Assembly (NCBI GenBank): GCA_050874585.1
Contig: JBNMKZ010000005.1
Coordinates: 4,199 to 68,198, forward strand
Reading direction: 5' to 3'
Origin: Verrucomicrobiota bacterium
GTDB taxonomy: Bacteria; Verrucomicrobiota; Kiritimatiellia; RFP12; UBA1067
Length of the DNA: 64,000 nt
Below are positions 1-9,762 of the stretch, piece by piece (position 1 is the stretch's first letter; each line of letters opens with the position of its first letter). Made by a program: the position numbers and the translations under genes. The notes under the pieces were generated by a model. It saw nothing but the letters and a program-made list of their open reading frames with translations, was not told the origin of the DNA and ran no database searches.

Positions 1-211
1 AGCAAACGCGCACGAACCTCTGGCTTGAACTCGGGGGCCGGGCGGCAACTGAGGACTCCAGGCCAGGCAAAAAACACCTCCCGAATCCGAGACACATGCG
101 CGGCGCAGGCCTCCTGAAACGGCGCGTTGAAGAAATGTCCGACTGCCAACTTTCTTTCCATACGCATATTCTATCATTTCTACCGGATGGACGCGGCGGA
201 AAAGGCCTCTC

Positions 212-1300
212 TTACTTGAGCTCCATCTCGTGCTCAAAGCCCGGCGGAACGTGGTCCGCCCGATGGGCAATGCAAATGGCCGTCGTCTGCGGGTGGGCAT
301 CCAACCACGTGGAGATGCGCCTCAGCAGGCGTTTCGCCTCGGGTGCGTTCAGGTTCATGCAAGGCTCGTCCAGCAGGAGAAGATCCGGCTTGGAGGCGAG
401 CGCCTCCTCAACAAGGTCGACGGGGCTCTTGCCAAGGTAGGTCTGCATTTCAGGACTCACCATGCCGATTCGGCGGCGAATCTTGCGAAGTTCCTGCCCC
501 GGCTTGCGCTTCTGCCCAAGGACCGTCACGTCATTGGCGTACCCGAGCGGACTATCACCCGTAATCAAGGCGAACAGCGTCGTCTTTCCGCTTCCGTTGT
601 GCCCCTTGAGGACCCAATGCTCGCCACGGCGCACCGTCCAGTTGAAGTCCCTGAAGAGCCACCGTTTGCCGAAGCGGATGCGAATGTTCTTCAGCTCAAT
701 GACGGGGGGCGCGTCTTCCGCCGTCTGCCGCGCCACGCGGCGGCGCGAGGCGGTCGCCCGCGCCCCCGTATCCACATTCTTTCCCTTGCCGCCGAACGAG
801 ACGGGCAGTTCGTCGCGGTTGCGGACGCGCAAGACGACTTCGATTCCGTCCCGCGACAAAAGGCTCACAATCTTCTTGAAGCGTTCCCGCCGCTCGGGAT
901 CGAGTCCCGCCATCGGGTCGTCCAGAATCAACTTCTTCGGACCCTTCAGGAGTGCGCGCGCAAAGAGGACGCGACGCATTTCGCCGTTGGAGAGCGTCAC
1001 GAATGGACGCGGCAAAAGGTCCTGCAACTCCAACAGCCGCACGACTTTCGCGAACCGCGCCTTGAAGGCCTTGCGATCGGCCGCCCGATTGACGCCTACT
1101 TCAAAAGGACAAATGCCGAAGACTTCCTCAAAGGCGAGGTGCTCGCGGACGCTCGTTCCTCCGTCCGAATAATAACGGCCCTGCAACCAGCCCTCGCCAT
1201 CCGACGCGGCCTCCTGCTGCTGGGAGAACGAGAGGTAGGCGACATCCATCGAATCCTTCGCCTCCTGCTCGGGCGACATTTCCCTCTTCTTCATTTTCAT
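212..1300 (-). pseudogene. ModF-like ABC transporter ATP-binding protein remnant. It lacks the Walker A of the first nucleotide-binding domain and the signature motif of the second.
   Basis: The translation contains LSNGEMRRVLFARALL..LILDDP (ABC signature plus Walker B) and later GHNGSGKTT (Walker A) ..LLLLDEP..IAHR (H-loop). By recall it aligns to the E. coli ModF C-terminal two-thirds. The ATG at 1298-1300 sits 14 nt after the upstream stop, leaving no room for the NBD1 Walker A. About 60 aa that should include LSGGQ are absent from NBD2. Confidence 0.55.
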
Positions 1301-1314
1301 TGTCCAACCCTTTC

Positions 1315-2487
1315 CTAATTCACGGTTCCCTCCTGTTGGCGAAGGTCCGCACACCGGCTCATGACACGGAATCCGCGTGTGTCTGGCCAACTCGTCACAT
1401 TGCGCAAGATGATGACAATCGTCCGATCCACGGGATCGAACCCGACAAATGATGCGCCACCATAAATCATTCCCGCCCGATACAGAACCCGGCGGCCGGA
1501 CGACAGGACCTTCACGCGCAAGGCCCCATACAACTCGCCATCCGAACACGCCGACAGCGGCTGACGCTTCATGTGTTCGTCGATGAACCGCCAGCAGTCG
1601 CCAAACGCCCGCGCACAATCATAAGTCGAGGAGAACAGTCCGCCCGTCGCACGAAGGGCATCCCCCAATCGATGATCCGGCACGCTTTGCCGCCGACGCG
1701 TCAGCCAGGGGAGATGCCCGGCACAGGCACGCGTCAGCCGATTGGACCACGCCCCCGACTCCGGCTCATAGGTTGTGTCCTGCAGGCCAAGGGGCTTGAC
1801 CGCCGCCTGCTGAAGGATGGATTCCAGGGGCTGGTCAAGCGCATCTTCCAGCACGATGCCAAACAGTCCGAACCCCATGTTCGAATAGGTTGGCTTCCCG
1901 CGTCGGACGGCTTCGCGCCACTGCGGCCGCCAGCATTCGCGCACAAAATCCTGCCGCGTGTCAAAGTCCGCATACAGATGCGACCCCGTGAAGCCGCACC
2001 AAAAGGCCGCCGCCATATCCATCGGGTTGGAGGGCCTCAAGAACTCTCGCGGCAATCCGGACTTATTCTGAAGCAGGTCAAAACCCGTCACGTGCGTAAA
2101 CTCCGGCGGCAGTTTGGCATGGGTGTAATCCGTCACGGGGCGATTGAGGTCGACGCGCCCCTGCTCGTGCAAGTGCATGGCCGCCGGGGAAAGAAAGAGC
2201 TTCGAAAGCGAGGCAATCCGAAAGAGAGAATGTTCCGTCGCCATCCCGGCATTGCCGTAGAATGTGCCCGTAGGCACAACAAGGGCCACGCTGCAACTCT
2301 CGTCTTCCCCATCCTCAACGTAATAGTCGGCCGTCGCCTGTGCCAGTTCGGCATACGAACAAGTCGCGTCAATCCGCTCGTCAATGGTGCGGCAACCAAA
2401 GAGGAGAATGCCAAGAACGAACACGACCAGTGCCCGCACCCAGAGCCAACCCTTCACAAAATCGCCCACGCTTCGCATCCGCCGCAA
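1315..2487 (-). CDS. Serine hydrolase, beta-lactamase/PBP family; lipoprotein-type signal
   Basis: 390-aa ORF with an S-x-x-K motif (IASLSKLF). The N-terminal hydrophobic segment ends in the lipobox-like LLFGC. Confidence 0.65.
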   Translation of the reverse strand: MRRMRSVGDFVKGWLWVRALVVFVLGILLFGCRTIDERIDATCSYAELAQATADYYVEDGEDESCSVALVVPTGTFYGNAGMATEHSLFRIASLSKLFLSPAAMHLHEQGRVDLNRPVTDYTHAKLPPEFTHVTGFDLLQNKSGLPREFLRPSNPMDMAAAFWCGFTGSHLYADFDTRQDFVRECWRPQWREAVRRGKPTYSNMGFGLFGIVLEDALDQPLESILQQAAVKPLGLQDTTYEPESGAWSNRLTRACAGHLPWLTRRRQSVPDHRLGDALRATGGLFSSTYDCARAFGDCWRFIDEHMKRQPLSACSDGELYGALRVKVLSSGRRVLYRAGMIYGGASFVGFDPVDRTIVIILRNVTSWPDTRGFRVMSRCADLRQQEGTVN

Positions 2488-2498
2488 TCCGCCATTCC

Positions 2499-3179
2499 CT
2501 ACGGCAACAGCCAGTAGCCAACGCCCCGCTCGTTCTGAATCAGGTTGCCAATACGCCCCAACTTGCGTTTCAGCCGCGACATGTGCACATACAGCGTCCC
2601 CTCGCTGCCAAGGTATCCACGCCCCTTCAGAATCTCCAGAATCTCATCATAACCGAACACCTTGCCGCGCTCCGTCTGCAGAATCCAGAGGAAATCGGCC
2701 TCCGTCTTGGTCAGGCGGGTCTTCACGCCGCCGCCCGTCACAGTCAATCCGTCGAAATCAACCAATGCCTCGCCAATCGCGACCACCCGCGAAAGCGTGG
2801 CCGCCTGCCACCGATCGACCGTCCGTCCGAGCGCCCGCCGAATGCGGGCAAGGAGAACGGCCGGCGCAACGGTCTTGAAGACGTAGTCGTCCGCACCGAC
2901 CCCAAAGCCCCGCAGCTGGTCGACATCCGTCTGAAGGCTCGACAGGAAAAGGATGGGCAACGTCTTGTCCTTCTGGCGAATCTCCCGACAGACGGCATAG
3001 CCGTTCCGTTTCGGCATCATGACATCCAGCAGGACCAAGTCTGGGCGCGATGCGGCAAGAAATTCCATGGCTTCATCGCCATTCCGCGCCAGGGCAACCG
3101 CATAGCCCTCTTCCTCCAAAAGCATTTTCAATCCACGGCGAACGGACAGTTCATCATCGACAATGAGAATCGTCTCCAT
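2499..3179 (-). CDS. OmpR-family two-component response regulator; orphan, with no kinase adjacent
   Basis: The receiver domain has ILIVDDE...LVLLDVMMP. A winged-helix C-terminus follows (LTKTEADFLWIL..GYDEI..YLGSEGTLYVHMSRLRKKL). The ATG is at 3177-3179, and the upstream M in the track is a GTG. Confidence 0.8.
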   Translation of the reverse strand: METILIVDDELSVRRGLKMLLEEEGYAVALARNGDEAMEFLAASRPDLVLLDVMMPKRNGYAVCREIRQKDKTLPILFLSSLQTDVDQLRGFGVGADDYVFKTVAPAVLLARIRRALGRTVDRWQAATLSRVVAIGEALVDFDGLTVTGGGVKTRLTKTEADFLWILQTERGKVFGYDEILEILKGRGYLGSEGTLYVHMSRLKRKLGRIGNLIQNERGVGYWLLP

Positions 3180-4093
3180 CAGCACCCACGCCTCCCACGC
3201 GTCCGCCCCGTCTCAACGATTGCCGAGATGGCAATGAAAAGAACGCCGACCCACTGCAGAAGCGTCGCGGACTCGTCCAAGAAGAGCGCGGCAAACCACA
3301 CGGCGAAAACGGGCGTAAAGTACGCACTGATGCCCAAGACCGACATCGGCAGGTAACGCTGCGCGGCATTCCACATCAGGAACGGGAGAAGCGTGCCGCA
3401 GAAGCCAAGCCCCAGCACCAGGCCCCAGCCCTTGACCGTCGTCGGCCAGTCAAAGTCGCCGAATGGAAGGAATGCAGCCGCCACGGCCGCTCCAATGAGC
3501 ATCGACCAGGCGGAAAACGCCCAAGACCCCATGCGCGCAACCATTCCCCGCCCAAACACCGTATAGACACCCCATGTCGCCGCCGCCAGAAGAACATAGC
3601 AGTCACCGACCGAGTAGGCCGACAGGTGGAACCCGCTTCCCGTCAGAATCTGAATGACCAGCAACGCCCCGACAAAACCAAACGCCAAGCCAATCAGTTC
3701 CTTCAACTCAATATGCCGGACATGGAAAGCGGAGACGACGAAAATCATCAGGGGCGTCAGGGCATCCGCCATGGACGCATTTGCCGCGCTGACACGGGCG
3801 CATCCCATGAAGACGCTCCAGGCCATCAGGAACGTGCCGATGGGGGCAACCCACACCATCTTCAGCCAGTCCTTTCGCGAAAGCGAGAAGAAGCGCGTCC
3901 GTTCGGCCGGACGACAGCAACCGGCCACGAACAGAATCAGGCCCGCAATCAGAAAGCGCAGAAACGTCAAAACCAGCGGCGAGACCCCCTGCAACTTCGT
4001 CAACGCCGCGCCAAAAACGAATGTGGAGGCGAACCCTGCGACCGACAGAATCGCCAAGAACAGGCCGAAAGCCAACCGTCCAACCCTGTTCAT
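3179..4093 (-). CDS. EamA/DMT-family transporter
   Basis: Polytopic membrane protein of about 300 aa with duplicated EamA-like halves. The ATG is at 4091-4093. It overlaps the downstream response-regulator gene by 1 nt. Confidence 0.7.
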   Translation of the reverse strand: MNRVGRLAFGLFLAILSVAGFASTFVFGAALTKLQGVSPLVLTFLRFLIAGLILFVAGCCRPAERTRFFSLSRKDWLKMVWVAPIGTFLMAWSVFMGCARVSAANASMADALTPLMIFVVSAFHVRHIELKELIGLAFGFVGALLVIQILTGSGFHLSAYSVGDCYVLLAAATWGVYTVFGRGMVARMGSWAFSAWSMLIGAAVAAAFLPFGDFDWPTTVKGWGLVLGLGFCGTLLPFLMWNAAQRYLPMSVLGISAYFTPVFAVWFAALFLDESATLLQWVGVLFIAISAIVETGRTRGRRGC

Positions 4094-4106
4094 CCGAAGG
4101 TGAACC

Positions 4107-5012
4107 TCACGAAAGTTCGGACGGACCGAGGTTCTGAAGTGCCGCGATGCGGTCCGAAAGCGACGGATGCGTCGCCCAGATGGAGGTCTTGCGGTCGCCC
4201 TCGGCAATTCCCATCGCCTTCAGCGAATCGGGCAGAACCCCCGGGCGGAGGTTCCCAAGACGCCGCAGCGCGGCAATCATCGGACTCGGCGTTCCCAGCA
4301 ACCGCGCCGAACCCGCGTCGGCCGCATACTCGCGGTGACGCGAAAAGGCAAAGACGACAAGAGAGGCCAGAATGCCCAAGACGAGATCAAGCACCATCAC
4401 CGTCAGGAAGTAGACACCACTGTTCGACGAACGACGGCGCTCACCATCCCCATTCCCGGCATTCGCCAAGATTGTGGCAATTGCCCGTGAGAAGAAAATG
4501 ACGAAGGCGTTCAGCACGCCCTGAACAAGCGTCAGGGTCACCATATCGCCATTGGCGACATGGCTCATCTCGTGTCCAAGAACAGCCCGAAGTTCCTCAC
4601 GCGTCATCTGTCCCATGATTTCAGTCGAGACGGCGACAAGGGCGTGGTTGCGGAAGGCTCCCGTTGCGAACGCATTGGCCGAACCCGGGTAAATCGCGAC
4701 CTCCGGCATCTTCACATTCGCCCGCCGCGCAAGGTCGGCAACCGTTTCGACCAACCACCGCTCGGCCTCGCCCTCGCTTCCGTCAATCGTCCTGGCGCGG
4801 CAGGCAAACTTCGCCATGGGCTTTGAAAGCAACAGGGAGACGATGGCCCCGATGAAGCCATACACGAAGGCGAAGATGACAAGGTTGGCCCATTCGGGTC
4901 CGACAAGCTCGGCAACGCTCGTCCCCAACAGGGCGCAGAGAACATTGGCCACGATGCCCAATGCGAGCATCACGGCAAGGTTCGTGACAATAAAGAGAAG
5001 TACGCGCTTCAT
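4107..5012 (-). CDS. htpX: M48-family zinc metalloprotease HtpX
   Basis: HEMSHV zinc-binding motif, N-terminal TM helices and the ...EYAADAGSARL... motif typical of HtpX. Confidence 0.85.
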   Translation of the reverse strand: MKRVLLFIVTNLAVMLALGIVANVLCALLGTSVAELVGPEWANLVIFAFVYGFIGAIVSLLLSKPMAKFACRARTIDGSEGEAERWLVETVADLARRANVKMPEVAIYPGSANAFATGAFRNHALVAVSTEIMGQMTREELRAVLGHEMSHVANGDMVTLTLVQGVLNAFVIFFSRAIATILANAGNGDGERRRSSNSGVYFLTVMVLDLVLGILASLVVFAFSRHREYAADAGSARLLGTPSPMIAALRRLGNLRPGVLPDSLKAMGIAEGDRKTSIWATHPSLSDRIAALQNLGPSELS

Positions 5013-5449
5013 ATCGCCTTGACCTTCATTGTGATATTCGACTGACCGACGACCTTGACGGGAACATCCACGTCAATCGGCTCGTCGGCAACCGCCGACC
5101 ACTCCGCGTCGCCAATCAGGACGCGTCCGGCGAGAGGCGGGCGAATGGCCTGCGTCACCTTGCCGGCCCGACCGACCGACTCCATGTTGAAGTTTTCCCG
5201 CGAAGTCCCAGTCTCGCCGCAGAAGATCCGCTTCATCCAACGGCGCAGGAAGAACAAGTAAAGGATGGCGAAGATTGAAAACGCGGCAAGTTGTCCCGTC
5301 AGCGTAAAGGCCTCCCCGAAAGCAAACCGGCACACGCCCACCGTCATCGCCGACAGGCCAAAGAAGAAGATGACGAACCCCGGCGAGAGGAGTTCCATCA
5401 ACATCAGAAAGGCCCCCAGATACACCCAAAGCCAAGCACAAGACAACAT
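5009..5449 (-). CDS. NfeD-family membrane protein (short form, OB-fold C-terminus)
   Basis: Two N-terminal TM helices followed by GKVTQAIRPPLAGRVLIGDAEWSAVADEPIDVDVPVKVVG, an OB-fold signature. It overlaps the 3' end of dnaX by 1 nt and the htpX start by 4 nt. Confidence 0.6.
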   Translation of the reverse strand: MLSCAWLWVYLGAFLMLMELLSPGFVIFFFGLSAMTVGVCRFAFGEAFTLTGQLAAFSIFAILYLFFLRRWMKRIFCGETGTSRENFNMESVGRAGKVTQAIRPPLAGRVLIGDAEWSAVADEPIDVDVPVKVVGQSNITMKVKAI

Positions 5450-6858
5450 TACTTTACCTCCTTTACGTCAACGACTTCCGCACCCGGGAAAACCTCCAGG
5501 ACACTGTTGAGCCGCGCATCCTCCAATATCTCCTTCCGCGGCATTGGACGCGGCGGCGGTGGAGGCGCAACGGGCGGCGGCGGTGGCGAAACGCGGGACG
5601 AGCCAGCGGACGCAGGTGCCGACGCGGGCTCGGGCGGAAGCGAGGGAAGTTCACGAACGGCGCGGCGGGCGGGCACAGGTTCCGCCTTGGGGACGCTCCC
5701 CGCACCCTGCTCACCCTTCAGCGCACGCACGGCGCGCATCAGTTCCTCAATCGTTGCCGTCGTCGCGATTCGGCTCGCCCGAATGAGCGACATCTCAATC
5801 AGCGTCCGGACGCTCAGCGCATAACGGAGCTTGTCTTCCATCTCCGCAATCTGGTCGCACACGCGAAAGACGCGCCCGGCATCCAAGCCCTTGACCTGCT
5901 CGGTCAGCACCTTAATCTGCTCGGGCGTCGCCTCAAGCGACTTCGAATTCGGGCCAAGCGCCTGCAGGACGACAAGATTCCGAAAGTGCTGCAGGAGTTC
6001 ACCCGACAGGCGGCGCATGTTCTTGCCGGCGGAGTCAAAGGTCTCAATCGAGGAGAGAATTGTCGGAATATCCCCTGAGAGGATGGCTCCCGCCAATTTC
6101 TCAAGGGCCGAACGACTCACCAAGCCGAAAACGCCCAGTGCATCCTCTTCCGTCACCTTGTCACCGCAGAAGGAAATCAGCTGATCGAGCGAGGAAAGAG
6201 CATCGCGCATACCACCCTCGGCACCACGCGCAATCGCGAGCAACGCATCATCCTCCGCCGCAATTCCCTCCTGTGCGCAGACGTGCTTCAGCCGCGACAC
6301 GATGTCCGTCGTCTGAATCCGGCGCAGGTCGAACCGCTGGCAACGGGAAATGATGGTCGGCAGGACCTTGTCGCCTTCCGTCGTGGCGAAGATGAAGCGG
6401 ACGAATTCCGGCGGCTCCTCCAGCGTCTTCAGTAGCGCGTTCCAGGCCGAGTTGGAGAGCATGTGACATTCGTCGATGATGAATATCTTGAAGCGCGATG
6501 TCGCGGGCTTGAACTGGACGGACTCGATGATCGGCTTGACGTCATCGACCTTGTTGTGGCTCGCCGCATCAAGTTCAATGACATCAAGCGATCGCCCGGC
6601 GGCGATTTCGCGGCAGTTCGTGCAGGTTCCGCAGGGTTCCGTCCCATTCGGCGACTGACAATTCAACGCCTTGGCGAAGATTCGCGAAAGCGTCGTCTTG
6701 CCAATGCCGCGTGGACCGATGAACAGGTAGGCATTCGCGATGCGTTTCGCCTCAATTGCATGGCGAAGCGTCGTCACGACATGCTCCTGCCCGACGACGT
6801 CGTCAAACGTCATCGGGCGATACTTCAACGGCAATGCTATGTGCTGCTTCTCGGCCAT
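5449..6858 (-). CDS. dnaX: DNA polymerase III subunit gamma/tau
   Basis: AAA+ motifs GPRGIGKTT, DECHML and SRCQRF. A Cys4 zinc module is present (CQSPNGTEPCGTCTNC). The C-terminus is proline-rich. Confidence 0.9.
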   Translation of the reverse strand: MAEKQHIALPLKYRPMTFDDVVGQEHVVTTLRHAIEAKRIANAYLFIGPRGIGKTTLSRIFAKALNCQSPNGTEPCGTCTNCREIAAGRSLDVIELDAASHNKVDDVKPIIESVQFKPATSRFKIFIIDECHMLSNSAWNALLKTLEEPPEFVRFIFATTEGDKVLPTIISRCQRFDLRRIQTTDIVSRLKHVCAQEGIAAEDDALLAIARGAEGGMRDALSSLDQLISFCGDKVTEEDALGVFGLVSRSALEKLAGAILSGDIPTILSSIETFDSAGKNMRRLSGELLQHFRNLVVLQALGPNSKSLEATPEQIKVLTEQVKGLDAGRVFRVCDQIAEMEDKLRYALSVRTLIEMSLIRASRIATTATIEELMRAVRALKGEQGAGSVPKAEPVPARRAVRELPSLPPEPASAPASAGSSRVSPPPPPVAPPPPPRPMPRKEILEDARLNSVLEVFPGAEVVDVKEVK

Positions 6859-6897
6859 GCCGCGAATTATACCACAAAACGGGTCGCCGCGTCTGCG

Positions 6898-8055
6898 TCA
6901 GATCCGCTGCTCACCATTCACGAAGACGGCGGACGGATTCCACTTCTTCGGATTGATGACGACCAAGTCGGCCGTAAAGCCCTTCTCGACCTTTCCAAGC
7001 TCAGCGCCCCAGCCCTGTTCAATCGCCTGGTTCCACGAGGTCGTCCGCACGAGATCCTTCAAAGGAATGCCCGTCACCTCATGAACGTTCTTGAGCCCCA
7101 TGCCCATCCAAAGGGTCGAGCCGGCGAGATTGCCACCCTCGACAAGGCGCGCCTCGCCATTCTTGAGCAGAACCTTCAGTCCACCCATTTCGAAGGCATA
7201 ACCGTCCTTGCAGTGGGAGCAGCGGAGGGAGTCGGTAATCATCTGAACGTGGGCGAGATTCCGCCGCGTGAAAATCAGTTTCAGCATATCAGGGCACAGG
7301 TGAATCTTGTCGCAGATGACTTCCGTGTTGAGATCCTCGATAAGGAAGCCCGCTCCAACCATGCCAATTTCACGATGATGCAGGGGCGTCATCTGGTTGC
7401 AGAAGTGCGTCATGTGCCGAAGCCCATTCTTATAGGCCGCCATCAGATCCTTGAGTTTCGCCGCCGTATGCCCGCAGCTCGGCAGAACGCCCATCTTGAG
7501 GCAGTCCTTCGCAAACTTTGCGCCACCCTCCGCCTCGACCGCGTACGAAATCTGCCGAACGGGATAGACCTTGGCGATTTCCTTGACTTCCTTGATGGAC
7601 GGCTTGCGGACGAACTTCGGATTCTGTGCACCGCAGCACTTGACGTTGATGAACGGACCTTCAAGATGGATGCCGGGTACTTTCGCGTAGGGCTGACCAG
7701 CCTCATCGTATTTCTTGGCATTCCCCGCCGCAACCAGCAGTTCCTCGTGCGAAACCGTCAGCGTCGTCGGCAGGAACGTCGTCACGCCCTCGGCGAGCTT
7801 CGCCTCGGCCAACTTGAAAATCGCCTGCGGATCGGCATCGCAGAAATCATAGGTCAGCGCACCGTGCGTATGCACATCAATGAAACCCGGCATCACGTAC
7901 TGCCCGCCGACATCGACGACGGTCGTCACGCCCTTCTCGGATACCTTGCGCGTCGTCACGGCGGCAATCTTGCTCCCCTCGATGACAATGGTCGCATTCT
8001 CCATGTCAACGTCCGGTGAAATGACGTGCGCGTTCTTGATGAGAGTCTTCTGCAT
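6898..8055 (-). CDS. nagA: N-acetylglucosamine-6-phosphate deacetylase
   Basis: Amidohydrolase motifs PGFIDVHTHG, HLEGPF and HxH...D. The ATG is at 8053-8055 (MQKTLIKNAHV). Confidence 0.85.
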   Translation of the reverse strand: MQKTLIKNAHVISPDVDMENATIVIEGSKIAAVTTRKVSEKGVTTVVDVGGQYVMPGFIDVHTHGALTYDFCDADPQAIFKLAEAKLAEGVTTFLPTTLTVSHEELLVAAGNAKKYDEAGQPYAKVPGIHLEGPFINVKCCGAQNPKFVRKPSIKEVKEIAKVYPVRQISYAVEAEGGAKFAKDCLKMGVLPSCGHTAAKLKDLMAAYKNGLRHMTHFCNQMTPLHHREIGMVGAGFLIEDLNTEVICDKIHLCPDMLKLIFTRRNLAHVQMITDSLRCSHCKDGYAFEMGGLKVLLKNGEARLVEGGNLAGSTLWMGMGLKNVHEVTGIPLKDLVRTTSWNQAIEQGWGAELGKVEKGFTADLVVINPKKWNPSAVFVNGEQRI

Positions 8056-8092
8056 GGTGAACCCTTCTTTCTGTTGTTTCATGTTTTCGCCC

Positions 8093-9724
8093 TCACTGTT
8101 CATAATGACGGCGGTAGTACTGGTTAAAGGCATAGAACATCACATTGACGCCCAACTTGTAGGCCTGGTCGGCAACCTCGGCGGATGCGCCGGAATGATC
8201 GTCGCGCCAGGCATCGTTGATGTCGCCCGGATGATAGTAGACGAGCCAGCGGCCATCCTCGCGAATGCCCATCGCCCGATAGCCGGCGTGATGCCAGAAC
8301 GGTGGCGCCCCGTCAGGAAAGACATAGGGCCGCTGGTAGATCGGATCGTCGTTCGGCACGTCGACGAGGGGCTTTCCGGGGAAGACCTTGCGGAGCAGAT
8401 TCTTGACGGAACCGTCAAAATGGCCGCCACCATTATCGATGAAGAGCATTCCCCCCTCGCGTTCGCAATATTCGCGCAGAACCTTCGCCTCGCCTGCCGA
8501 AATGGAAATGTTCCCCTTGCCCGTCAGGAAGACGAACGGCGGGGCCTTCTTCTTTGGAAAGAACTTCAGTCGCTCAATCTCCCGGTACTCGGTCTCGCGG
8601 GCAATCTTCATCCCCGTCCATTCATGGAATTTGAGAAGCAAATTGTAGTCCGCCCCCTTGCCCATGTCCTGATCCCAGTCGCCACCCCGGTACTTCAGGC
8701 GGATGAAGCGAACCGCCGAACCCTCCATTCCCTTGGGCCAGCCGCCGGTTCCCTTGCCCTTGCCTCCACGCGAAGCCGCATCCTGCGCCGACGCAGCGTA
8801 TGTGTCCTGAGTCGTCTCCTCAAGCTCCTTCAGCGTCAGGACATCATCAATGTCCATCCGCTCAAGGATGTAGGGACTCCACGGATTGACCGACAGCTTC
8901 TTCGGCTTCTTCTTCGGTTTGACCTTCTTGACCTTGACGACTTCAAAGACCTGCTGGCCGCCACCTTTCGGCAAGCCGTAGGGTTCCTCTCGTCCCCAGA
9001 AGACGATGAGGTACGGAACGAACAAGACCAGGAGAAAGAGCGTCACGGCGTAGTAGAGGGACGACCGCCAACGCGGATCGCGTCCGCCCGTCTTGAAACT
9101 CGTGAGCACGCTCGCGCCAAAATCCCCAATCGCGGAATGCGCGGCAAATCCGTAAAGAACGCGAACCGACTTCTGAACCAGCGCGAGAAGAAGAAGCCCC
9201 GCCCACGGGACGACCAGAATCGCGGCAAATAAAATGCCCGTCCACAGGTCGTTCCGCGCCGCCGAATCAAAGGCCTTGTGGTCGGCACGCCCGAGAATCG
9301 GTCCAACATCCATCAACCAAAGGAACGACAGAACGGCAAGAACAACCCACGCGGCAAAAGCGACCTCCATCAGACGAAAGGCCACGCGCCGATGCACGAG
9401 CGAAAAGGCGGCCGCCACCACGCAAAGTGCCGCGCCAGCCGCACACGCCCATCCGAGCCGAAGACCGCCCGCAAGGTGCCCCGCCCGCTCAAGATAGCGG
9501 ACGAAGGCCCCGTCAAACCCGCAGGCCGCGACATATCCACCTGAAACGAGAAAAGCGCAGGCAACCAGAATGAGCGCAAGCCCGCAAAAGCCAACCGCGA
9601 GCCGAAACGAAACCGAACGATGCGACTGTACCCGCCAAAGGAACGTGCACAGCCGTTCGCCCGCACCGGCCAACAGCCGATGCAGACGCTCGACGATTCC
9701 CATTATGGCTTCCAGTATCCTCAT
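8093..9724 (-). CDS. Polytopic membrane protein with a lysine-rich linker and a C-terminal DUF4159 (class-I glutamine amidotransferase-like) domain
   Basis: The N-terminal ~250 aa carry six or more hydrophobic helices. A linker VKVKKVKPKKKPKK follows. The C-terminus matches DUF4159 as I recall it (FLTGKGNISIS..EAKVLREYCEREGGMLFIDNGGGHFD...HHAGYRAMGIR). Confidence 0.55.
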   Translation of the reverse strand: MRILEAIMGIVERLHRLLAGAGERLCTFLWRVQSHRSVSFRLAVGFCGLALILVACAFLVSGGYVAACGFDGAFVRYLERAGHLAGGLRLGWACAAGAALCVVAAAFSLVHRRVAFRLMEVAFAAWVVLAVLSFLWLMDVGPILGRADHKAFDSAARNDLWTGILFAAILVVPWAGLLLLALVQKSVRVLYGFAAHSAIGDFGASVLTSFKTGGRDPRWRSSLYYAVTLFLLVLFVPYLIVFWGREEPYGLPKGGGQQVFEVVKVKKVKPKKKPKKLSVNPWSPYILERMDIDDVLTLKELEETTQDTYAASAQDAASRGGKGKGTGGWPKGMEGSAVRFIRLKYRGGDWDQDMGKGADYNLLLKFHEWTGMKIARETEYREIERLKFFPKKKAPPFVFLTGKGNISISAGEAKVLREYCEREGGMLFIDNGGGHFDGSVKNLLRKVFPGKPLVDVPNDDPIYQRPYVFPDGAPPFWHHAGYRAMGIREDGRWLVYYHPGDINDAWRDDHSGASAEVADQAYKLGVNVMFYAFNQYYRRHYEQ

Positions 9725-9762
9725 CTACCTCCGGCTCTCACGCGGCACTTTTGAACCAACGC

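Noticed and set aside
96-1318. Plus-strand ORFs (96..440, 230..1318, 343..564, 462..1172) overlapping the ModF-like gene
   Set aside because: They are antisense to a motif-bearing ABC ATPase. Their translations are Arg/Pro-rich low-complexity sequence typical of spurious high-GC frames.
6463-8019. 518-aa plus-strand ORF antisense to nagA/dnaX
   Set aside because: It has no recognisable motifs and overlaps two well-supported minus-strand genes entirely. It is a high-GC antisense artefact.
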